Source of the DNA: Calcarisporiella thermophila CBS 279.70
Lineage: Eukaryota; Fungi; Calcarisporiellomycota
Length of the DNA: 64,000 bases
Reading direction: 5' to 3'
Assembly: GCF_041956535.1 (NCBI RefSeq)
Contig: NW_027192208.1
Location: 149,036-213,035, forward strand
Part shown: positions 24,971 through 35,640 of the stretch, in pieces
Position numbering within the stretch: position 1 is the first letter of the stretch
How the letters are laid out: the number at the start of each line of letters is the position of its first letter
Position numbers and translations under genes: made by a program
Notes under the pieces: generated by a model
Databases searched by the model: none
Told to the model about the DNA's origin: nothing
The model's input: the letters and a program-made list of their open reading frames with translations, nothing else

Positions 24971-26927
24971 TTAAAAGGTCATGGCCCGGGTGAATCCAAG
25001 AGTTTGATTAGGCGCGCCATCTGCTTCTCTAGCCACAGCGGCAGCTTCCTGAGGTGGCAGATAGAGAATCAGGTTGGGAAAGTCCGTGTACAAATAGTCC
25101 CGATATAAGCCATCGAGCTTCATTCGCATCAGAGCTTTCCCGGGGACAAACTCGCTCTGAAGCCAGGCGCGGAAAAGCGGATGGTCGTGGGGAATCAGGG
25201 TGGTCATTTTCTCGCGCACAAGCCGCCAGCCTATGCCGTTGTAGTGCAGGTCAACCGCCCGCACGATTTGGTGCAGGTGGCATTCTATGAGGGTATGGTG
25301 GAGGAGCTTGAAGGATTCGTCGAGTGTCTTGGCTACCACGCAACTCCCCTCGAGCACCTCCATCCGCCGCCCAATACTGGCATACAATGTGTCCTGGTGC
25401 ACCTTGATTCCCCCATAGTCGCGCACAGTGAACCCGAGCAGCTCGCCAGTGGCGAGGTCAAACCGTGCCTTTGCGTTCTGTAGATGGGCCTCGAACGCAA
25501 ACCCGTTGTGGATCAGGGGGGGAAGGAAGGCGCGCAGGACAAGATCGACGTAGCGGGTCAGGAATTTGATGCGCTTTGCCTCAGTATCTAGATTCCACCG
25601 CTTGGCAAGCACACTGATGGTCTCTCCACAGGCATCGGGGTCGCGCTCCACGAGCGCAGCGCAGGGGATGATCCGTTCGCCTCGGGCATTTTGGACCCGG
25701 TCCGACGTCTCCTCGCGCAAAATGCAGCTTAGATGCTTGGCAACGTCGGAGTCCTCGTCACGCACCACCACGCTGGCCACCTCGGGCTCCACCTGCAGGG
25801 CTTCGTGGTCAAGGGTAAGACGGGGGATGATGTCGTTCGAAATGCCCGGGCCAAGAAAGGTTGTGAAGGGGGTAATAGTGCGCATGGCGGAAGACACCTT
25901 CATGCCACAGGCAAGTTTCAACGCCAACCCCTCGAGGCAATCGTCCAGGACCACGGTGCGCAGGGAAGCCTGCGCGTTCGAGCTGGCCGAAATCTCGGGA
26001 GGATACACCACCAGCCCCCGCTTGGAAAACAGATTAACTAGGTTTGGGATCTGCAGCGGATGCACCGGAATGAGCACGTGGCCCTCGGGCAGATGCACGC
26101 CTAAACGATGTTCGAGCGGGGCAACCAATTCTCGGTATTGGCCACGCATCTGCAGCTCGTTCTCAGGCATTGAGACAAACCGGATCTGAATGCGGTAGAA
26201 ATCATAAGAGGGCGAGATGGGGGCGAGCGGTGCAACTGTGTAGCGGGACTTATGCATTGGATGATGCGGGTGGCCCTCGACGATGCTCTGCTCCCACTCC
26301 ATGGTAGACGAGCTGAGAGTGGGGGCCGACTTGCGATTCTTCAGAGTATATTCTGGTGAAATAGCATTGCTAAGCTCTCGGTTCAACCATCGATTCACAT
26401 CAAAGCTACTTACCCATATGCTCTACCGAACTGTTCAGCTCTCGACACAATTCTTCCAAGACCGGTTCTTCTATGCTCAAAACTTGCGCAAATCTCCTAA
26501 AGATGGTGGTGGGATCAAGCTCCATCTGAATTGAATCGAGGTGAATTTGATCATCGTTCAGTTCTACGCAGTATATCGGGTAGGTCATATCCTTTGGGTC
26601 GAGCAGCGCCACGGTTGACAAGTCTCGACGTCCCAGGATGGATGTGGCCAGCGATGGTGGATTGGAGTGGCCAATGGGGCGCCCTGAAAGTCTCACTATA
26701 TAGCTGACATGGTCTTTTCTGATTAGACAGAATCCGAGGGCCGCTTGTGATGGCTCAGGAACAAAAGTCCCAGTTGCAAGTCCTTCATTCACCAAGCAGG
26801 TTAGTAGGCGTGAACTGGTTGCAAACTGGGCACGTTGCCTGACGGTGGAGGAATCGTATGTATGAATGGGACCATCATGATTTGTTTCGGGGGAGATCTT
26901 GAATAATGTGTCAATATTGGGCGGCAT
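24971..26927 (-). CDS. NRPS-independent siderophore synthetase, IucA/IucC family (rhizoferrin synthetase-like); intron 26353-26412
   Basis: SRLLTCLVNEG, WEQSIVEGHPHHPMHKSR, IPVHPLQ, AQASLRTV, KVSSAMRTI, GFAFEAHLQN, RDYGGIK, KALMRMKL. Confidence 0.92.
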
Positions 26928-27503
26928 TGTAGAGGTGGAAAAGGCACGCGTAATTACGTGAGAATTCAAAGGGCGATGAGAGATGGATGAGGGGGATGGA
27001 ACAAACTTAGAATCGGGCGGCTCATATGAAAGCTGGAGCCTAAATATAAAAATAGGAAGAGCTGTGATTCAAACAAGCAGATTGCAAGGGGAACTACAAC
27101 AGTAACAAGAAGACCCTCGTTTCTTGGTAGCGTCTTTTATTCGCAAGATTTCGATGGAACCGTATTAGGCAATGTTTATCCCAGATTGTTTGTCAACATC
27201 TGGCGTACATTTATAGGCAGCCTAGTCTACGGATAGTGCGGATCACTGCTCTCCACGCCAAATACCAAAATCGTACGATAATCTACGATCGGGTTTATTT
27301 TCCACGTCGGTCCATCCGAACTTCAGGACAGGCTCCCTCTCCGCTCTCCAGCCAAACTACACCCAAACCTCGCCTCTAGTTGCCTCGCTCTGGCGCCTCT
27401 TCCTGGGCCGAATCGTTTGAGCTCCCGTTGAGGGACAATAGAATGTGGGGAGTCCACGCTGAGCCCAGCGATTTGGAATAGAATGCGCGCGTACTTCGGG
27501 AGC

Positions 27504-27512
27504 ATCTGATAA
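27504..27512 (+). promoter_or_regulatory. Candidate iron-responsive GATA repressor (SreA-type) site about 580 bp upstream of the siderophore synthetase
   Basis: Exact ATCTGATAA match to the ATCWGATAA consensus. Confidence 0.45.
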
Positions 27513-27754
27513 ATACGAAGCAATGTGTGCAGATTGGACCCCAGAGTGACAACAGGTCGTACATGTCTTGGTTTCCAATTTTGCAGTCAATTGCAGATAG
27601 CTCTTAATAGGTGCAACCAAATTGCATTCAATAGGATATTGCATATTATCATACTTAAGGTGGGGGGAAGAAGTGGGAGAGAAAGAAAATAAGTGACAAA
27701 TGGAATAATAATACACAGGATGAATGACCAGATGATGGATGAAAATAGGGGATA

Positions 27755-29664
27755 TCATAGTGTCTGCTCAAGCGTTACTCCTGTTTGAACGGGTATACTA
27801 GCGCGTTTCCAAGACATTCTTTTAAACACTTTCGACCACGAGCCCTCGCCTGCCGGATGGTCTGCCGCAGAGGCTACCACAGTTTGACGCCGTCGAAGCG
27901 TGCACGGGTCGCCTGCTGTACTTTCCTCGTCCTCTTTCTCGAGCAGCATGCTCTTGGGGCGATTGTCTCCCAGCTCTACGGAGCGCCGCGACCAAACATT
28001 CCCACCGCAAAAATAGTAAAATCCGCCGCCACCCGTAGGGCTAAGAGGGGTCGGTCCGGTGGCAGAAAAGAGGCGGCGCCTACGTTGCATAGAACTGGCC
28101 GCCTCTCCCTGCGCCCTGGGCTCCTCTTTCTTCTCCTCTTTGTTCTTCCCACCGTCGTTGGCGACCTCGATTTTCTTCTCCTCCACCTTCTCTGCTCGAA
28201 TGTTTTCAATGGAAGAGGGCGGGTCAATCGAGAGCAGCTCGATGAGATGCTTGTTCTCCATTATCTTCGTCAATATCTTGTTGATATAGAGAATCAGAGC
28301 CTTATTTTCGTCTTTGAAGTGGCGTATCTCATCACCCATTCCTGTGTGAAGATAAGTGCGAGGTTAGAAGTGGGGACAGAGTCATGACATCCTAACAAAA
28401 TAGGCAAAGAATTACTTTCTACAATATGGTTTGTTTCCTCCTCCTTTCGCGCCATGTCCGTCGAATCTGCCGACGCACGCTCTAGCTCCTCGGCAAGGTT
28501 GAGATTAGCATTTTCTTCCTGGACAACGGGTGATTTTTCCGGCTAATGCAAAGAAGCAAAAGAGCGTCAAAAGGCTGTCTGAAAGCATGGGGTGTGAGTT
28601 GAGAGAGCTCCCACCTGCAGCAAGGGATTCAACATGAACTCTCCGCTGATCGTGCGCTCATGCAGTAAGATTTGATATCCCTCATTTTCCTCCATTAACC
28701 TCCGGTTCACTTGCATAACCTGTGAAACTTCGTTCTCAAGAGCCGTCATTCTTAGACTTTGATTTTGCAGGCGAACCATATACTCATGGGTAACGTTTCT
28801 CTGACGGTCAAGCTCTGCCCGAAGCTCCGAGATATAGCGGTCTTGCGCACGGATCGTGGTGGAAGCAATCTTACGCTCGCGGACGAGAACAGCCTCTTCA
28901 TCCACAGCCTCGGAATTTGGAGCGGGTGAGTTGGCATCGGAGCAGCAAGGAGAGGAGGTCTCATCTATGAGGATAAAAAAGAAAAACGAATACAGGGGAA
29001 TCAGGGTAAGAAGCGCTTGCGCTTCTCCATTTTGCTTTCCAATCCCAATGATTCCCAATCCCCTTCTTACCAGAAGAGTCAGAGCTGCCCCGTCTTCTAT
29101 CAGTATGCTCATTCCCTCCCGCTTGCTCCCGTCGTAGTCGCTGAATCCTCTCCTTTAGCTCTGCTTCACGCTTTTGCCAAGCCACCTTCTCTTCCTCAAA
29201 ATACCCTACCTCCTTTGCAATTTTTCTCTCTAAATCCCGCTTGCTTCGGAGGAGGGTTTGGTTTTCGCGCCGTAGGGTAGATACATCCTGCTCCTGTGCA
29301 AAGAGCTGGTTTTCGAGTCGTGTGTGTGAGTCGCGTGCTTCCTGAGCCTCGCGTTGGGAGGCAGTGTATTTCTGAAGAGATACAAGCGGGTTGGATCATG
29401 GGTGGATAAAATTGGGTTGGTTGAAGAGAGGTTACCTTGCGAAAGTAGGCATTCTCAAGTGAGAGCTGCTTGTTTGATTCTCTAAGCTGTTCCAGCTGAG
29501 CGAGGAGCTGACGCGTTTTGCAGTTAGAAGAAAAAAAGAAATGAATTCGCATGCACGAAATTGGAAGAAGAAAGGGAATGAGAGCATACAGAGTAGTTCT
29601 TCTCGTATATCCCGCTCAGCTCTTTGCGAAAGCACTCGGGCGTATCCACTGCTTGTGCTGCCAT
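27755..29664 (-). CDS. Multi-exon coiled-coil protein with a Rab11-FIP-RBD-like segment
   Basis: Heptad-rich exons joined by canonical introns; LMEENEGYQILLHE and DENKALILYINKILTKIMEN. Confidence 0.65.
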
Positions 29665-30244
29665 AGAACCTCTCAGACTTTTGAATTCATAAGAATGGAA
29701 AGCAAAAAGGTGAGCCAGATTTGTGACTAGTTTTTGCCGTTTTTGATTTCTGGTTCCGACTAAGGGGGATTTGGAATGTAATGGGATTGGAAGATATGGA
29801 GAATGAGACTAGCGAGAGCTGCCTAATGAAAGCAGATGAGGTCATAGCAGGCCGGAATAGCAAAATGAGGGTGGAAGTCCATTTTTTATTTCAGGCCATC
29901 TCTATTATTTTCCTAGAACATGCTTGTGGAATCTAGTAATGGATTGTTTGCCTGCCTAGAGAAAATCGTGTTTATCATGGAATATTCGGCTCTTTAGCCA
30001 CGCTGAACCGAATCAAAAGGGATGCCAAGTAAATACCTTTTGATACACGGCGTAAAAATGCTGACGAAATATCGAAAGCCTGGGAGAATATGCATATTTC
30101 ACACTACTTTTTCGTCAGAACGATTTTGTGACAAAGTGCAGTCACAGAAGCCACGGTATTTCAGTGTAGCGGCGGCGTCTCTTTTTTTTTTTACTCACGA
30201 TTTGACTGCTTCACCCTATTACATTCTCGGAAGTATTTCAAACC

Positions 30245-31209
30245 ATGATGGCCTGGCGTTGCTCTGGAGCCTCCAATCGGGACCTCGTCCAAAATCTAGC
30301 GCTTGCCAAAATCATTACCAATCCTCGCGTCGAGCAGGCCATGCTTGCCACCGACCGAAGGCATTATGCGCGTAGTCAACCATATCAAGATTCGCCTCAA
30401 GGGATTGGCTATGGCGCGACTATTTCAGCACCACACATGCACGCTCATGCTCTCGATCAACTGGAGCCTTATCTCCAACCAGGCATGCGAGCTCTGGACG
30501 TTGGCAGCGGATCCGGATATTTGACAAGCTGCATGGCAGAAATGGTAGTTGAAGCTATATCCATTTTGCGGAGCCCCGCATTCGTTTAGTCTGTTTTTTA
30601 TTTCCTCGAAAGTAACCTTTTTGTGCTATCTATATTGATGTTTAGGTGGGAAAGGAGGGAAAGGTAGTGGGGATTGAACACATTCCCGAGCTGGTCGATC
30701 TATCAACAGAAAATGTTCGGAAGGCCCGCCCAGAATTTCTGGACGAGGGTCGTGTGGAGTTTGTTGTGGGTGACGGCCGCAAAGGGTATCCAAAAGAAGC
30801 TCCTTATGACTGCATGTAAGCGCTTTGATTTTGACCATTTGAGCTTGCCAAAATTTCCCAATGTGTATCGACTAGACACGTTGGCGCGGCTGCCCATGAG
30901 ACGCCCAAAGATTTGATTGAACAGCTCAAAGCTCCTGGGCGGTAAGCATAGTGGCTGAATAAAATGAAAACCGACGCTGACATTGCATTTTTCTGCCGAC
31001 AGGATGTTCATTCCTGTGGGGGCCTCACTAGGGCAGTCGATCTATCTTGTCGATAAAGACAGAGATGGCAAGGTGACGAAAAAGGAGTTGATGGGTGTCA
31101 TGGTGAGGATACATGCCTGTTTTCCGGCGAAAACGAATGGATATTAACTCAATAACTTGACTAGTACGTCCCCTTGACGGATCCGGACAAACAGCGTGAG
31201 GGGTGGTGA
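30245..31209 (+). CDS. PCMT1: Protein-L-isoaspartate(D-aspartate) O-methyltransferase, multi-exon
   Basis: [60 protein letters not shown]. Confidence 0.96.
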
Positions 31210-31466
31210 CTAGAGCGTGCGTCTCACGATCGGAGCGATTTTTTATTTTGTTGCTTGACTTTTCTTATTGTTTGGTTCACTCAAGTTTTGGTCTCTGTCA
31301 ATTAAGGGGATATAATGCCGGTAGTTAATTATCATAGTAGTATGTTTTTTAATTGAATGTAAAAAAAAAAATAAGTAACCAAAATACAAAAATGAAAAGG
31401 AGAGAGAGAGGGCAATGAAGAGATAAGCGTCGTGTCTAATGGTTGCAGTGTATGGCCCCAACGGTC

Positions 31467-31832
31467 CTAACGGGCCTCGAATTGCACCACTATCAAGGAC
31501 CAGAATTAAAGCATTCATATGGCAATGATTAAAGAGTCCGGGCTTACTTCTCTTGGTGCGTTTTTTATACATGACACGATGCCCACATTCGTTGCATCGG
31601 ATAGGCTCCCGCGGTTTGATCTGGTTCTCAGCACCGCAATCTAGTGATGATAATTTATAAGCCAATCCATTCTCTCAAGATCCATCTCAAAATCCATTGA
31701 AGGGAAGTGATCCATCGCGATGATCTCACCTGCGCACAAGTATGCCATCTGCACCGGTTGCCGCTGACCTTGTAGACCGAGGCCGGGCGCCTGAGAGCCT
31801 GTGAGGCCGCTGGAGGGTGTGTATTGCTCCAT
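31467..31832 (-). CDS. RPC10: RNA polymerase I/II/III shared subunit RPABC4 (Rpb12), 3 exons
   Basis: YLCA|[31 protein letters not shown]|..VQFEAR. Confidence 0.95.
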
Positions 31833-31986
31833 ATCTAATCTTTGTTGTGTAGAAAATGAAAAAAGGCCGAAAGGAAACTGTGACTTTGTGTACTCTGGAG
31901 AGAATGGACCAAATCCCAGCCACAATCTGAATTAGACAGCAAGAAACCCAAGAGCGCTATTCTTCACGAAATATAGTTGGGTGGCC

Positions 31987-33723
31987 ATGGATTCTATGCT
32001 AGAGGATATTCCGGAGGCGGATTTCACAGAATCCTCACAGCGCGCCTGGGAGCAGCAACAAGAAATTGAGGATGAGTTCGAACGGAGACGGAGAGCAAGA
32101 ACAATCGCCGTTCCCACTGATGATAAAAAAGTGCGGTTAAAGTTAAGAGAGCTCGGAGAGCCACAGTGCTTATTCGGCGAAGGGGTGAGTTTGATGGATT
32201 AATTTGCACTTTTGCCCCATCAGCTGGCCTTAACAGCTCTTTGTCTATCCAGCCTGGGGATCGTCGCGATCGGTTAAGATATTTGCTTTCAAAGTTGGAG
32301 GGAGTGGAGGTGGAGGACGAGGAGGAGGAGTCAGAAGAATCAGAGGTAGCTGCCTTATTTCCCTCCCCTCATTTTTGTTAATTCTGTTTATTAAGATGGC
32401 TCTCATTCTTTATAGGAGGAGGAGGAGTTCTATACCGAAGGAAGCATGCAATTACTAGCGGCAAGAAGAGAGATCGCCAGATATTCGCTTCCAAGGTATC
32501 GCTTTTTCTTTGGCGTTATTTGCTTTTAAAATGTATTTGATGCCGTATTCTAACCAAGACTCCTCTTCTGAATTTTGGGTTCATTTTAGGGCGCGCGCTC
32601 GACTAGCACGGCAGCGAGAGGAGCAAGAGTTTACCTTGCCCCAGCTCAAGTCTGCGCGCAGAGACCTCAATGAGAAGCTTAAAACCTTTGCCAACTTTAG
32701 TTCCCAGATAGAGGGGGAGCGTCCGGTATCTGCAAGTGTTTTCGCACCAAACTCAAAAATCGTGGCTACCGGCTCCTGGACGGGGTTATGCAAACTATGG
32801 AGTGTTCCACAGAGTGAATGCATTCTAACTCTGCGAGGTAAGGCTATTTCTATTCTTCTCTGTGCCTCCTCCCCACCCCCCCTCTCTATCCACCTCCATC
32901 TAATGGCTCATGCATTACCGTAGGGCATACGGAGCGCGTTGGTGGGATTGCCTTCCACCCGGAGGCGTTTCACACCCTAGACCAATCCTCGGCGAACCTT
33001 GTCTCAGGCGCAGCCGACGGTTCAGTTTATCTGTGGTCGCTGGACCGTGATACGCCGCTCGCGTCTCTGAAGGGCCATCAATTGCGGGTCGCCCGCGTAG
33101 CCTTCCACCCATCTGGTCGCTACGTCGGCACTGCCTCGCACGATACCACCTGGCGCCTGTGGGACGTTGAGAAGCGGCACGAGCTGCTATGTCAGGAGGG
33201 CCATGCCAAGGAGGTCCATGCCATCGCGTTCCAGGACGACGGGGCCCTCGTGGGCAGCGGCGGGTTCGATGCCATCGGGAGGGTGTGGGACTTACGAACG
33301 GGGAGGTCGGCGATGGTGCTACAGGGGCATGTCAATGACATCTATGCAATCGACTTCTCCCCCAACGGCTACCAAGTTGCCACCGGCAGTGCAGATAATT
33401 CGGTGCGGATCTGGGATCTTCGGTCGCTCAAGCAGCTGCACGTCATCCCGGCCCACAACTCTCTGGTGTCGGACGTGAAATTCTTCCACCACCACGCGCC
33501 CCACACCGAGAAGCCCGAGACCACGGGGCTGTTCCTGGTGAGCGGCGGCTTCGACGGGAGCGTGAGGATATGGTCCGCGGACGACTGGCGAATGGTGAGA
33601 AGTCTAGAGGGCCACGACGGAAAGGTTGCGAGTGTGGACGTGTCGGGCGACCGTCAGTGGATTGTGTCGGGAGGATTCGATCGCACCTTCAAGCTGTGGT
33701 CCCAGGAGGGCAATGTTTATTGA
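31987..33723 (+). CDS. PRP4: U4/U6 snRNP WD40 protein Prp4, multi-exon
   Basis: [41 protein letters not shown]; WD repeats [34 protein letters not shown]. Confidence 0.95.
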
Positions 33724-33938
33724 GGGGGAGGGGGTGCAAACAATAAAAATGCGATTTTTCTCTTTCACTTTATTGAGAAGTATAGGTAATGGATCCCCTC
33801 TCGGGCCAAGGAAATGGGGTCAGTGCGAGTACACAGAAGAAATGAACGATGGAAAACACAAATATGTAAAGTACACGGATGCTAGGCCAATAAATTGGGC
33901 ATTATGATACAATTCGCCGCCCTCTTGTCTGCTGCCTC

Positions 33939-34779
33939 TCACTCCTCCCTCCCGCTTGACAAGTCCCTGTACCGCCAAATAACTTTTTGGCTCTCGCTAT
34001 GTGATTTTGTTTTTCCCATTAGAACGCAATCCTAGAGCAGAGAAGAATTGGGCGATAGCCTACAATACCTTTTCCACATGGCTCCCACCACCTCTGACAC
34101 TTGTGCATTCGAGAGCCAGGGGAAGAGGAGGCGCACGATGGGAGCATAGTGTGTTCGGTACAGGATGAACGCGTTGGGCCGCTTGCGCTTCTTGGAGGGG
34201 GCGGCGGAGGGGTGAGCCGCGGAAGGGGGCGGATTAAATAGAAGATTGGGGTCGCCGCCTCGTTTCTTGGCATTGCATGTGCCACAGGCTCTCGCCGGGT
34301 TGGTCGGTTTCACATCCTCGCTCAGCGACAGCGCACGGGGGGATATGGCGGCGTCGTACATCAGGCTGACCAGAGGGAGCCCTTGTTGCAAACGATCTCT
34401 ATCCATTCCGGCGGCCACTTCGCTTCTCGGAGGGGTGTCCACCTCGTGGAGCAGCATGGAAGGGTGAGGAGGGGCGTGTGGATGGCTCTTCTTTAGGGGT
34501 GGGAGGCAGGGCGATAGAGGACGTACGTGCAGCTCGGAGGAGGAGGCGGATGGAAAGGAGGACGGGGGTTCCCTCTGCTGGCTCGGATTCTCCGGCGGAT
34601 CTGCCTGTAATGTTCACACGCATGGTTAGTAGGGAGGGAGGGGTGATGAGGGGCGAGAAGGGGGAGAAAGCAACCTCGTTGAGGGCAAGCTCCCACCACG
34701 CATCGGCGTCGTCGAAGCGGAGCTCGCGGGCTGGAGAATCGTCGGCTTCGTCGAGTGGGAACGGGATAGGGAGAAGCAT
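33939..34779 (-). CDS. Small MATA/Sox-type HMG-box protein with short third helix; introns 34605-34674 and 33997-34068
   Basis: Splicing joins two ORFs in frame; KRPNAFILYRTHYAPIVRLLFPWLSNAQVSEVVGAMWKS|ESQKVIWRY. Confidence 0.75.
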
Positions 34780-35640
34780 GGGGGGAGTAGGGTTGGGGAG
34801 GGGGAAAGCGAAAGAGGGGAGAAGACGGGCAGGATAGACTTTAGATGCGGAAAAAAGCTGTGAACCTCGCGGCCATATTTTATACTTCTCAAAGTAGGGG
34901 CATTCCTAATCGGGCGACCAAAAGGCTAGCTGGGAGAACGGCAGCAATGTTTTCCTTCTCCTTCTCCACCCCACTTTCCCCCCTGCAAGAAAGGTAACCT
35001 TAGCACAAAACACTAGTATGGCGCCCGCCTTCCTTCTCGGATGATAGCCAACCCCCTCAAGTCAATAAAGCTTGGAAAGCCCCTCTCCCCGCCTCCACCT
35101 TCTATCCCCGAGTTTAATTTACAGATAGCTCTTATTTGGGTAACTCTCCCAGAAAACCATGCCCTAACTCAATTCTGAAGTGACTGCGACCCAATGGCTT
35201 GGAAAGAGCGGCACTCCCATTTCCGTCCCCTCTCCTCCGCCATCCTTCTCGCTCCAAAGGAGCTGGGCTGCTCGTGGGCCTTCGTGGCCGTGTAAACCCT
35301 TCCCATTGCTCTCCTCACATAGCAAGCGGTATCGGCGCCTCTCCGCGTTGCAATTAGACTGCTTGCGCCACACCCGAGCCGGGTCATTGAATTGAGAATC
35401 AAATATAACGCTACTGCGCTGTTATCTCCACACTCGTTTTGATTTTCCCCACACTCCGAGGTCCGAGTTAAATCTCTAAACCCTAATCATTGACTCTAAC
35501 CTAACCTAGATTGTTGAGGGTAGTTTATTTCCAAAACATTGTGCGCGCGTCCCTGAGTGGATGTGTCAAAATAAATCGCGTCCCCTTCATCCTCATTCTC
35601 CTCCCCCCCCCCCCCTTTCATTGCCGTATTTAATCCCAAG

